Assembly (NCBI GenBank): GCA_965227835.1
Contig: OZ245768.1
Coordinates: 120,001 to 152,000 of the forward strand
DNA length: 32,000 bases
Direction: 5' to 3'
Source: Candidatus Saccharimonadota bacterium
GTDB lineage: Bacteria; Patescibacteriota; Gracilibacteria; BD1-5; UBA6164
The notes under the pieces were generated by a model. That model searched no databases. It was not told the origin of the DNA and saw only the letters and a list, made by a program, of their open reading frames with translations. Below, in pieces: positions 1 to 10,705 of the stretch. Each line of letters begins with the position of its first letter. The stretch's first letter is position 1. The position numbers and the translations under genes were made by a program.

Positions 1-1
1 G

Positions 2-547
2 ATATCACCTTTGGTTGAAGAATCAGAAAAGATAGATTTAGCTAATGCAATAAATACACATAGTTATTTAGAAAATATCTTTTTCCCTTACAAGGTCTGA
101 CTTCTACATGGTAAAATGAAACCCAAGGAAAAAGAGGAAATTATGCTTAGTTTCAAGAAAAATTATATTAATGTTTTATCTTCCACATCTGTTGTAGAAG
201 TCTGAGTTGATATAGCTAATGCTTCTGTTATTTGTATAGAGTGAGCTGAAAGGTTTGGTCTTAGTCAGCTTCATCAATTTAGATGAAGAGTAGGTAGAGG
301 AGATTATAAATCTTATTGTTATTTATTTCCTAGTTCTTGAAATTATACAGATAGGCTGAAAGCTATGGAAAAAACTAATAATGGTTTTGAATTATCAGAA
401 ATAGATTTAGAAATAAGATGACCTTGAGAAGTTTATTGAGTGAGACAATCATGACTGCCAGATTTAAAAATTGCAAAACTTACAGATTTGGAGTTAATTT
501 CAGAGATTAGGGAAGATATAGAAGATTTGATGTTAAACGGAGAGTAA
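2..547 (+). CDS. recG: ATP-dependent DNA helicase RecG, C-terminal fragment (5' end outside window)
   Basis: Frame 2 with TGA=Gly reads ...[79 protein letters not shown]. These match RecG helicase motifs V/VI and the C-terminal TRG-like segment. TAA stop at 545-547. Confidence 0.9.
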
Positions 548-659
548 AATATTTAAGTTAATTTTTATATATAGATAATTAATGAACTCAAAAAATATAG
601 ACTTTTTTACCTAGCTCAATATATTATCAAATATAAAATTACAGTATAATAATGAATAT

Positions 660-1379
660 ATGATAAAAAAAATCGTTGAAAATCCTTTTTTTGAGAAATT
701 TATTATAACTATAATCTTAATAAATTGAATAACTATTTGACTTGAAACATCAAAAACAATTATGCAAAATTATTGAGTTTTTTTGCATTTATTTGATAAT
801 ATAGTAATAGCTATATTTACTCTAGAAGCCATTTTAAAAATATATACATATAGATTTAATTATTTCAAAAGTTGATGGAACTTGTTTGATTTTTCAATTG
901 TTGTTATTTCACTGATACCTACTAGCTGACCTTTCCAAATACTTAGAATATTTAGAGTATTTAGGATTTTAAGACTTATAACAGTTATTCCTTCTATAAG
1001 AAAAATAGTCTCTGCTCTTTTGAGTGTAATCCCATGAATATTATCCGTTTTGGTTTTGATATTAATAATATTTTATGTTTTTGCTATAATGGCTACTCAA
1101 TTGTATTGAGAGAATTTTCCAGAATGGTTTGGTAGTATTTGAAGTTCATTTTTTACTTTGTTTCAAATAATGACCTTAGAATCTTGGTCAATGTGAATAG
1201 TCCGTCCTATTCTAGAAATTCATCCCTATGCTTGGGTATTTTTTGTTATTTTTATATTAATATCAACTTTTGTGATGATAAATTTAGTTATAGCTATAGT
1301 TGTGGAAGCAATGAATAAAATTAGTGATACTCAAGAAGAACATTACAAAAAAGCAAAAATGCCTCAAAATCTGATTTAA
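660..1379 (+). CDS. Voltage-gated sodium channel, NaChBac/BacNav family (single 6-TM domain)
   Basis: ATG 660, TAA 1377-1379, checked codon by codon. S4 voltage sensor has Arg every third residue ([22 protein letters not shown]). Pore is [19 protein letters not shown], the TLESWS selectivity filter. The C-terminal coiled coil appears to lie in another frame (see findings). Confidence 0.85.
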
Positions 1380-1448
1380 AAAAATTAGAAAAAAATGTAA
1401 AAGAATTAAGGGATTTATTAAATAAAATAGATAATAACTAACTTATTT

Positions 1449-2480
1449 ATGAGTTTACTTCAATTTTTCTTTATAATATCAGGTATTATTATATTAATAC
1501 TTTCTTTTGATATTTCAAAAAAACAAAAATTCAATGCACTACATTTTATTATTTTTCTGTGAGTAGGTTCTGGGCTTTTGATATTTAGTTTTTTCCCAAA
1601 TGTGTTATCTAAAGTTTGAAGTATTTTTTGAGTAGCTAGATGAGCAGATGTTTTGGTTTATACTTCTATTGTTTTTCTTCTTTATTTTGTTCTTCTTCTT
1701 TTAGCTAAACATGTAGATAATAAAAATTCTATAACACAGCTTGTAAGAGAAATAGCTATAGATTCAAGTTTAAAAAAGAAAATAAACTGAAAATTAGTCT
1801 TTATTATAAGAACATACAATGAAGCAGAAACCTTATGAAAAGTAATAAAAGATATAATATCTAGTTGATATAAAAATATATTGGTTGTTGATGATTGAAG
1901 TTTTGATAGCACTAGTAAAATTTTAGAGAAAAATTCAAAAAATATTGTTGTTGTTAGACATTTAAAAAATAGATGAGCTTGAGCTGCTTTGGAAACTGGA
2001 TTTGAGTATTTAAGGAGATTTTGAGATGTAAAATATATTGTTATTTTTGATGCAGATTGACAACATTCTATAAAAAACCTCCCTAGGTTTATAAATTTAA
2101 TGGAAAAAGACAAAAATATTTGAGCTGTTTTTTGATCAAGATTTATAGAAAAAACCAAATCAAATGTTCCTTTTCCTAGGAAAATAGCTTTATTTTTAGG
2201 TAGAATATTTACTCTTGTTATCAGTAATGTTTATCTTACAGATGCACATAATTGATATAGAGTTTTTAGAATGGATGTTATAAAGAAAATAAAACTTACT
2301 ATTGATTCAATGGCTTATGCTTCAGAGCTTATAGAAGAAATAAGAATAAAAAAAATAAAGTTTAGTGAAGTTCCTGTGGATATATTATATACTCCTTATA
2401 GTATAAAGAAATGACAAAAAGGTGCTTGAAATGCCATAGATATAGCTCTTAGATTTATTTGGAACAAGTTTTTTAAATAA
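1449..2480 (+). CDS. Fusion of a DUF2304-like small membrane domain and a family-2 glycosyltransferase (DPM1/GtrB-like)
   Basis: 343 codons, verified free of TAA/TAG. N-terminus has 3-4 TM helices with the GVARGADVLVY motif. It is followed by GT2 motifs VVDDGSFDST, IFDADGQH and LTDAHNGYRVF. Confidence 0.8.
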
Positions 2481-2556
2481 TTTTTTATAAAAATTAATGT
2501 CATATTAATATTAGATTATTAAAAAGTATATTATTTTTTAATAATTCTTAATAAGA

Positions 2557-5500
2557 ATGAAAAAATTATTTCTTTTTTCACTTCTTTTTATTTTCTTTAA
2601 TTTTTACACGGTTTTTTGAAATTCGTGATCTATAAATGATTCTAAAACTTATAACATTGAAGATATAAATGATGAAAAAATAGAGGATATAGATTCTTGA
2701 AATTTGAATACAGAAGAAAACATCCCAAAAGATTTAGAAAATGAAGATAATTTAATAGATTCTTGAAACTTAAATGAGCAAGATATTGAAGAATCAGATG
2801 AATCAATAGAAACCTCAAATTCTGAAAAGTTGGATGAAGATAATATTGAATCTTCAAGTGAATCTCAAGATTTAGAAAATTGAGATTTGGAAGAAGTCTC
2901 AAATAATTTTGATTGAAACTACGAAGATGGTGAGTCTTCAACAAATTCTTGAAGTTTAGATGATTGAGATTTAGAAGAAAATTTAAACGATACTGACTGA
3001 AACGATGAAAATGAAGAAATTCCAACAAATTCTTGAAGTTTAGAAAATTGAAATGAGAAAATAGAAGATAATCAAAATGACGACGAAATTTCAGACAATA
3101 CAGAAATAAACTCATCAAATTTAGATATCCCAGATATAGTTATAGAAGTCCAAAGCTGACTTGATTATGTTTGAGAATGAGAATACAAGTGTAAGAAAGA
3201 AGAGTGCAAAATAAATCTAAGTTTAGAAGAAATATTTACCTGATCATATGATAAAAATAATTATGAATGTGTTTGGGATTTTTGAGGTTGAATATTTTCA
3301 ACTATTTGAACAGACTTAAAATGTAACCCATGATATGTTAGCTATGGTACTTGAATATTTGATCTTTGAGTTAGAGTTTTAGAAAAAAATAACAGCGAAA
3401 ATTATAAAGAAAAACCTTTTAGAATAATAAATTATATTGAAGAAGAAACAAATTGAGATTTAAGTGATGAAAATGATAGTGGGGATTCAACAAATACTTG
3501 AAGTTTAGAAAATGATGAAGAAGTAGAAGATAATAAAGATGACAACGAAATTTCAGATAATACAGAAATAAACTCATCAAATTTAGAAATTCCAGATATA
3601 TTTATAGAAGTTCAAAGCTGACTTGATTATATATGAGAATGAGAATACAAGTGCAAAAAAGAAGAATGTAAGATAAATTTAAGTTTAGAAGAAATATTTA
3701 CTTGATCATATGATAAAAATAATTATGAATGTGTTTGGGATTTTTGAGGTTGAATATTTTCAACTATTTGAACAGACTTAAAATGCAACCCATGATATGT
3801 TAGCTATGGCACTTGAATATTTGATCTTTCAGTAAAAGTTTTAGAAAAATATAATACCCAAAATTACAAGGAAGAGCTATTTAGAATAATAAACAGCACT
3901 GAAACTGAACAAACAAATTGAGATTTGAGTGATGAAAATGATATTGAGGATTCAACAAGTTCTTGAATTTTAGATGATTGAGATTTAGAAGAAAATTCAA
4001 ATGATACTAATTGAGATGATGTAGATGAAGAAATTCCAACTAATTCTTGAAATTTGGAAAATGAAGAAGAAATAGAAGATAATCAGGATTATGATGAAGA
4101 TTCAAATAATACAGAAACAAGCTCATCAAATTTAGAAATTCCAGATATAGTTATAGAAATTCAAAGCTGACTTGATTATATATGAGAATGAGAATATAAA
4201 TGTAAGAAAGAAGAATGTAATATAAATTTAAGTTTAGAAGAAATATTTACCTGATCATATGATAGAAATAATTATGAATGTGTATGGGATTTTTGAGATT
4301 GAATATTTTCAACTATTTGAACAGATTTAAAATGTAACCCATGATATGTTAGTTATGGCACTTGAATATTTGATCTTTCAGTAAGAGTTTTAGAAAAAAA
4401 CAATAACCAAAATTACAAGGAAGAGTTATTTAGAATAATAAACGATATTGAAACTGAAGAAACAAATTGAGATTTAGAAGAAAATGATATTGAAGATTCA
4501 ACTAATTCTCAAAATCAAGATACTTGAAGTTCAGATGAAAACCAAATAGAAGCTCCCTCTATTTTTTGGAGCTTTCAAAGGCCTAGTTATATATTTGATT
4601 CTGATAAAATTCTTTCAAAATACATTTGTGATAAATCCAAAGATGAATGTAAAATCAACCTAGATTTAAGAGATAGCTTTGTATGAGATTTCAAAGAAAA
4701 AGATTTTTTTTGTGAAATTGATTTTGGGCTTTGAAATTCGACATGACAAGAAGATAAATGTAATCCAAATACTGTTATTTTTCCTATTTGAGATTTTTAT
4801 ATTAACTTCAAAATAATCTCAAAACTAGATAATTCTGTGTATTCCAACCTATGATTTTACCTTGAAAATAAAGAAAAAATTATAAATTCTATAAATGATT
4901 CAAGTACATCTACAAACTCTTCTGATTTCAAAGCAAAACAAACTATTTCCCTAAAAGAAATAATTATTCAAAGCTGACTAAAAAAGGACTGAAATCAAAA
5001 CTACTTTTGTAACAAAGAAATATGTAGTATAAACCTAATTTATTTAAATGAAAATCCAGACTTACTATGTAGCTGGGATTTTTGAGAAGGTTTCTTTAAA
5101 ACAAAAAATACTGATAAAAAATGTAATCCTTGATATGTGAAATATTCTTCTTGAAAACATAAAATTAAGCTGACCATATATGATAAAAATTACCTAGATA
5201 ACTATAAAGAAACTTTTTTAAGTTTTGATAATTTGGGTTCTGACCTATTTGTGTCTGAAGAAAATGATTTATCTCAAGAAATAGAAGAGGACATAGTTTT
5301 TGATTTTGATAATTTGGCAAATTTAAAACTTTGAAATATATCTGTAAATCCTAGAGGTAGTGATAAACTTGAATATATAGAGATTATAAATAATTGAGAT
5401 AATCTTATAAATTTGAGATGATGTTATATTGATGATATTCTAGATTGATGAAGCAAGAGATATATTTTTAAAAAAGACTATTTTATATTCCCCAAATCTT

Positions 5501-7086
5501 CCAAAAAATTATATAAAAAAGATACTAAACTAAATCTAAACAATAATTGAGATGAGGTAAATTTTTTCTGTTGAGAGAAACTTATAGACAAAGTTAAATG
5601 GAATTTTACTGTCAAAAGCTGATTTTTGCTAAATCACAAAAATACTGAAATAAAAAGTTCTTTTGTGGAAGTGGTGAATGTAGTGGATTGAGATACTTTT
5701 GTAATAAAATTTGATAGTTGAAATACTGAGAAAATTAGGCTTATATGAATTGATACACCAGAAACCAAAGATCCTAGAAAACCTGTTCAATTTTTTGGAT
5801 ATAAGGCTTCAAATTATAGTAAAGAAAACCTTTTATGAAAAAGAGTATATCTAGAAATTGACCCAGAAAATTATAGAGATAAATATTCCAGACTTCTTTG
5901 ATATATACACCTAAATTGAGAGAGCTTTAATATGAATTTAGTTAAAAATTGATATGCTAGAGTTTATGATAAGTTTGATTTTAAATATTTGAATTTTTAT
6001 AGAAAAGCTCTTGAATATGCCAAAAATAACAAGCTTTGAATGTGGGCTTTTTTAAATTCTGATATGGAAAATAAGCTTTTTTTAAAATATCAAAAAGAGA
6101 TAAAACAAGACCAAGATTTTATACAATTGGAGGATAGTTTAGACATAGATATAGAGGAAATAAAAGAAGTTCAAATTCAAAATAAATCTTATAACGATCT
6201 TATAACAAATATTGATCAAATTTATCTAAATCAAAAAAGTCTTTTGTCTCACAATGTATCTTGAATTCCCTCTGATTTTTTAGTCTATGAAAAAATAGAT
6301 CCTCTTCTTACAAATATTAATCAATTGCCAAAAGAAAAGCAAAAAATTATATGAGATTACAGCTTTTTATTAAACGAACAAAAGTCTATGGATAGTTATA
6401 AATATTTCATAAATAATTCTTTCAGTATTGGTATTTCTAAACTTAAATCAGGTTTAAAAATTTATTGAAAAACCTCTAAAAATTCTAAAGTTTATTTTAA
6501 CCTTTGAAATGAGATTCATATTTTGAATTCTGATTCAAATTGAGATTTTGTAACAAAAATAACAAACCCTGATAAAATTATATCATGAGATTTTGAGATA
6601 AAAACAAAAATAATAGATGAGTTTTGAAATATTTTTGATATAGAGGATTCAAAAACATTTAATATTCAAGAAAATTACATATCAGAACTAAAGCTTAAAA
6701 TTATTGAGGATGAAAAGAAGGATTATTTGCAGACTTTTACATATCTTGATAAAAATATATTGAGTTTAGAGAAAGATTTTGATAAAAATATCAAAAAACT
6801 CTTGAAAAGTGATGCTAAAAATTCTAATAATCTAAGTTATATGAAAAAATCTTCTTATAAAGATGATTTATTAAATTTATGAGAAAAGCTTTCTAAGGTT
6901 CAAATTTATTATAAGGATGTTTGATATTTAAATTCTAGTAATCAAAATAAAGTTATTTATTATTTTTATATAATGATTTTTAGTTTTACTTTGTTTTTTA
7001 TCCTTATTAAAAGATATTTATCTCAAAACTCCCCAGTTTTTTTAATAAAAAAGTCTAAAAAAAGCTTGACAGAGGGGATAATCTAA
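2557..7086 (+). CDS. Giant (1509 aa) secreted, C-terminally anchored surface nuclease: signal peptide, acidic linkers, five PKD-like Cys-rich modules, lamin-tail-like domain, staphylococcal nuclease (SNase) domain, TM anchor
   Basis: Every line checked in frame 1: no TAA/TAG from ATG 2557 to TAA 7084-7086. Signal peptide MKKLFLFSLLFIFFNFYTVFG. PKD-like WDFG(G/D)G..KCNPGYVSYGTG modules. LTD-like NISVNPRGSDKLEYIEIINNGDNLINLRGCYIDD (about 5330-5620). SNase domain VVDGDTFVIKF..IRLIGIDTPETKDP..FFGYKAS..RVYLE..DKYSRLLGYIH..NLVKNGYARVY..AKNNKLGMW (about 5656-6050). TM anchor VIYYFYIMIFSFTLFFILI (about 6952-7010). The last 22 codons are IS-derived. Confidence 0.85.
3118..4560 (+). repeat. Three near-identical in-frame tandem repeats (unit starts 3118, 3580, 4129; periods 462 and 549 bp), each a PKD-like Cys module plus acidic linker
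   Basis: Long stretches are nearly identical, e.g. ccagatata(g/t)ttatagaa(g/a)t(c/t)caaagctgacttgattat..gaatgtgt(t/a)tgggatttttgag. Two degenerate copies follow (about 4560-4860 and 4960-5230). Linker 2935-3117 resembles linker 3955-4128. Confidence 0.85.
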
Positions 7087-8306
7087 TAATTGAAGTAATA
7101 TATTATTATTACTTTTTTTTATGCAAGAAATACAAAAAATAATAAACAAAGAACTATGATATTTAATGAAATATGAATGCAAAAATGATAAAAGATTTAT
7201 TAAAGAGTTTTTTTGAGATATAATAAAGCTAAGAACAACAATAATGAACAAATTATGATTTTGAAAATATAAAAATCCTAACAAAATGAGTGAAAAAATA
7301 AAACATTTCTTTGAAAAAGATAGTTTTAAAAATTTTAACCTAAAAGTAGAAAAAAGATGTTTTTCTATGTTATGAAAAATAAATAAAAATGATTATATAG
7401 TTTTTGATGAAGTTGATATAGCAAAACAATACTCAAAGAAGCTAGAAAATTTATCTAAAGTAAGAGATTGAAGTACTTGAAATATAGTTTCTTGATATAT
7501 GTATCATTGAGTAAGTATAAATTGAATTCCTGTAATACTTGAGTATGAAGATTTAACTAATAAATTTAAATCTGAATATTTTTGAAAATTAATTAAAAAA
7601 GTAGAAGATTATACTAAATGAAAGTGAATATATGTATATGATGCTTGATATGATATAGCATCATATATAGAGTTTTTAAATAATAGTGTAAATAGATGGA
7701 TAATAAGAGCTAAAAAGAATAGGATATATTTTGATTTAAAAACCAATAAATATTTGAAATTAAAGGAATTTAAAGATTGAGTTCATAAGGTAAGAATTAA
7801 TTCAGTTAATGAATCAATATATCTTCATATTAAATCAAATCCTAAATTTCCTGAACCAATGAGGATATTATCAAATTCAAGAAAAACAGATATAGAAGAA
7901 TATAAACAAAGACGGGAAATAGAGACAATATTTAAAACTATGAAGCAGGAGTTTCAGCTTGAGAAACTTCAAGCTAAGAGTTTAATAGTATTTAAAAATT
8001 TTGTTTCTACTATACAGTTGGCTATGGCTTTGACTAGGACTATATATAAAAAGAATAATTCTTTTTGTGAGAATCAGAGGTTTATACTTTCTTCTAGATT
8101 TAAATCTAGATTTAGAGATTATACAAAATCTCGATGAATAACTATGAATTCTAATTCTATTGTTAAATTTATATCTTATTGTTTAACAAAGTTGTATAAA
8201 CCTCCTAAAAAACATATTAAAAATTTAAATAATAAAAACAACCTACATTTCCCTCAGTTATCCTTATTCTCATATGTCGATTTTATAAAAAGTGGGTAGT
8301 TTTGAG
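7022..8306 (+). mobile_element. IS4-family insertion sequence (1285 bp) with terminal inverted repeats and a 6-bp target duplication
   Basis: IRL ctcaaaactcccca (7022-7035) versus the reverse complement of 8293-8306, ctcaaaactaccca (13/14). Direct repeat atttat at 7016-7021 and 8307-8312. A single DDE transposase ORF lies inside. Confidence 0.8.
7121..8299 (+). CDS. DDE transposase, IS4 family
   Basis: 392 aa, frame checked. DDE residues in IVFDEVD, YVYDAGYD (the Gly is TGA) and YKQRREIETIFKTMK, the Y(2)R(3)E(6)K signature of the IS4 family. Confidence 0.85.
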
Positions 8307-8427
8307 ATTTATATGTTTAAGTTTTTTATATTTTATTAATAAAATACTGAAATAAACTTTCTATTTTACTAAAAAGGGAGCTAAATTTTTTTGTTGAAAG
8401 AGTATGATTTATCAAAATTAAAAGTTA

Positions 8428-10590
8428 TTAAGATTTTTCAATTGAAAGCATATATAATCTAATTCATTCAAAGTCCTCCATTTCAAATAGTCTCCTGATT
8501 TCTTTTTTCTCTTTTCTATAAATTAAATCAAAATCAAAAGTTCAGTCTTTTCAATATTTAAGCAGATTATATATAAACATGTTAATGTTATGGAGTTTTG
8601 GATTAATCATCTCTTCAAAAATAAGTCATTTATTTAAATAAGAACGACCATAATTAGGATTAATTTCTAAAGCTTTATCAAGAATTTTAATAGCTTGATC
8701 AAAATCTCATTTTTTAAATAAAGCATTTCATTTGTTATTATATGCTTCTTCATAACTAGGATTAAGTTGAATTGCTATATCATACATTTTAATAGCTCAA
8801 TCAAAATCTCATTTACTAGATAAGGCACTTCATTTGTTATAATATGCTTCTTCATAATTAGGATCAAGTTGAATTACTATATCATACATTTTAATAGCTC
8901 AATCAAAATCTCATTTACTAGATAAGGCACTTCATTTGTTATAATATGCTTCTTCATAATTAGGATCAAGTTGAATTACTCTATTATACATTTTAATAGC
9001 TCAATTAAAATCTCATTTTTCAAATAAGGCATTTCATTTTTTAAAATAAGCATCGGTAAATTTAAAGTTAATTTGAGTTGCTAAATTATACATCTCTATA
9101 GCTTTATCAAAATCTCATTTTTTAAGTAAAGTATTTCAATTACTACAATAAGCATGTTCAAATTTAGGGTTAATCTCAATTGCTCTATTAAACATTTTAA
9201 TAGCTCAATCAAAATCTCATTTTTTGAGTAAAGTGTTTCACTTGTTATTATATATCATTTCATAATTAGGATTAAATTGAATTGCTGAATTACAAATTTT
9301 AATAGCTCAGTCAAAGTCTCATTTACTAGATAAATCACATCACTTGTTATTAAGAATTTGGGACAATAATATTTTTTCTGGATCTCAAGATAAGGCTATT
9401 TTATAATTCATAAAATAATTAGATTTTTCATTTATAGAAATACCAAAGTTTTTATAAATTCATTTTTTACCGTCAAATTCTACATTTCTTCACCATTTCA
9501 ATTTATATATTTCTACACAAGAAGTAGGGTCAAAATAATAGCCATCATCTCATATAAAAATCTCTAAAGCTGAATGTTCAGGAATAGCTAATCAATTATG
9601 TTTTATTCATAGTTCAGATAAAAAACAGTGTCCTACCAATGAGAATCATACACAATACAGTTCTTTATACCTAAGTATTTTATTGGGTTGGTATCAATAA
9701 TCATCTGATGTTAATTGATATGGATATTTAGTATGAAGTATTCATATCATTTGATTTGTAGCTTTTTTTTCTAACTTTACTATTAATTCTTTATCATTAG
9801 CTTTTCTTGCTTCTTCTAGTTTCTTCTTAAAATCATCTATTCAAATTTTTTCTCTAAGTTTTTGTTCTTCAATATCCAAAAATTCTGGCAAAATTTTTGA
9901 TGTAATAATCTTTTCTCCTTCTTTCCTAGGTCTAGATTTTATTTCTTCAAATTCTTTTCTAGTAAGAGTCATAAGACCATATCTAAGCATATCCATTGAT
10001 TTTCTAAAGAAACTTAAATCAAACTCCGTAGTATAAAGAGACTCTATTAAATCATCTAAATCATCTATATCTTTTAACCTCTTAGTATTCTCTTTTTTAT
10101 CTACCTCATTTTTTTGATTTTTATAACCTTTTATTTCTCTAATAGATTTTCTAAGAGAGAATATACTAGAATCTATTTCTTGCTGATATTTAGAAAAAGA
10201 ATCTACAGGCAAAGAATTTTCTAAAATTATCATTTCTATCTTTTCTTCATTTTCTTTTTTAAGATTTAAAATTTCTTCATTAGAAATACCTTTAGTTCAC
10301 AATCTCACATATCATATAAATTTTTTTATATCTAATCACAGACTAAATTTTTCATTTAAAAGAAAAACTACTTGAAATAAATCTTTATTGTTTAAGTCTA
10401 CAGGTAAATAAAGATCATAAAATTTTCAAAACTTATCTTCTCAGTTTTCTAAAAGAAACCTTCATTTCATAGAATCAAATTCTTTTCTATCTACAAACAC
10501 AGGATTTATATGATCTAGAGTTTCTAAGATTTCTTTAAAAGCTTCTCTTGAATTACTATTCTCAAATAATTTACTGTTTAAATTTATCAT
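8428..10590 (-). CDS. SirB1/transglutaminase-like (Transglut_core2-type) + TPR-repeat protein, paralog A (720 aa), with an uncharacterised ~290-aa N-terminal region
   Basis: Minus-strand frame checked line by line (no tta/cta in frame). Core is LYCVGFSLVGHCFLSELGIKHNGLAIPEHSALEIFIGDDGYYFDPT. About 7.5 TPRs of 34 aa follow (..AIKMY..AIQLDPNYEEAYYNKG..). The tail is FEGIRLYMLSIEKS*. Confidence 0.75.
8779..8982 (-). repeat. Two tandem 102-bp (one TPR = 34 codons) units, 101/102 identical
   Basis: 8779-8880 and 8881-8982 differ only at the penultimate base (at versus ct). Flanking 102-bp units are progressively more diverged. Confidence 0.9.
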
Positions 10591-10619
10591 ATTTATGAGA
10601 TTTATTTTTGTTTTTCTTT

Positions 10620-10647
10620 ATTTTAACATATTTATTTTTTAATGTAA
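10620..10647 (-). promoter_or_regulatory. Candidate sigma70-type promoter of paralog A (TTACAT-N16-TAAAAT on the minus strand)
   Basis: atgtaa at 10642-10647 and atttta at 10620-10625, 16-nt spacer, about 30 nt upstream of ATG 10590. The same sequence precedes paralog B. Confidence 0.35.
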
Positions 10648-10705
10648 AAAAAGCCCCCTATATTTTTACAGGAAACCATATATTTTATAATATTTCAATA
10701 AACCA

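Noticed and set aside
1682-3118. 158-aa standard-code ORFs on the minus strand (1682-2158 and 2642-3118).
   Set aside because: They are antisense to verified code-25 genes (the GT2 fusion and the nuclease). They are low-complexity, Leu/Phe/Asn-rich artefacts of AT-rich sequence in which sense-strand TGA becomes TCA on the antisense strand.
7042-7284. Minus-strand ORF 7042-7284 (80 aa) spanning the left end of the IS.
   Set aside because: It overlaps the nuclease 3' end and the transposase 5' end in antisense, has no motif, and is typical AT-rich noise.
8600-9360. A regular 102-bp periodic repeat array that might be taken for a CRISPR-like or satellite array.
   Set aside because: The period equals 34 codons, and the repeats translate in frame into canonical TPR motifs within a verified ORF. 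There is no repeat-spacer structure.
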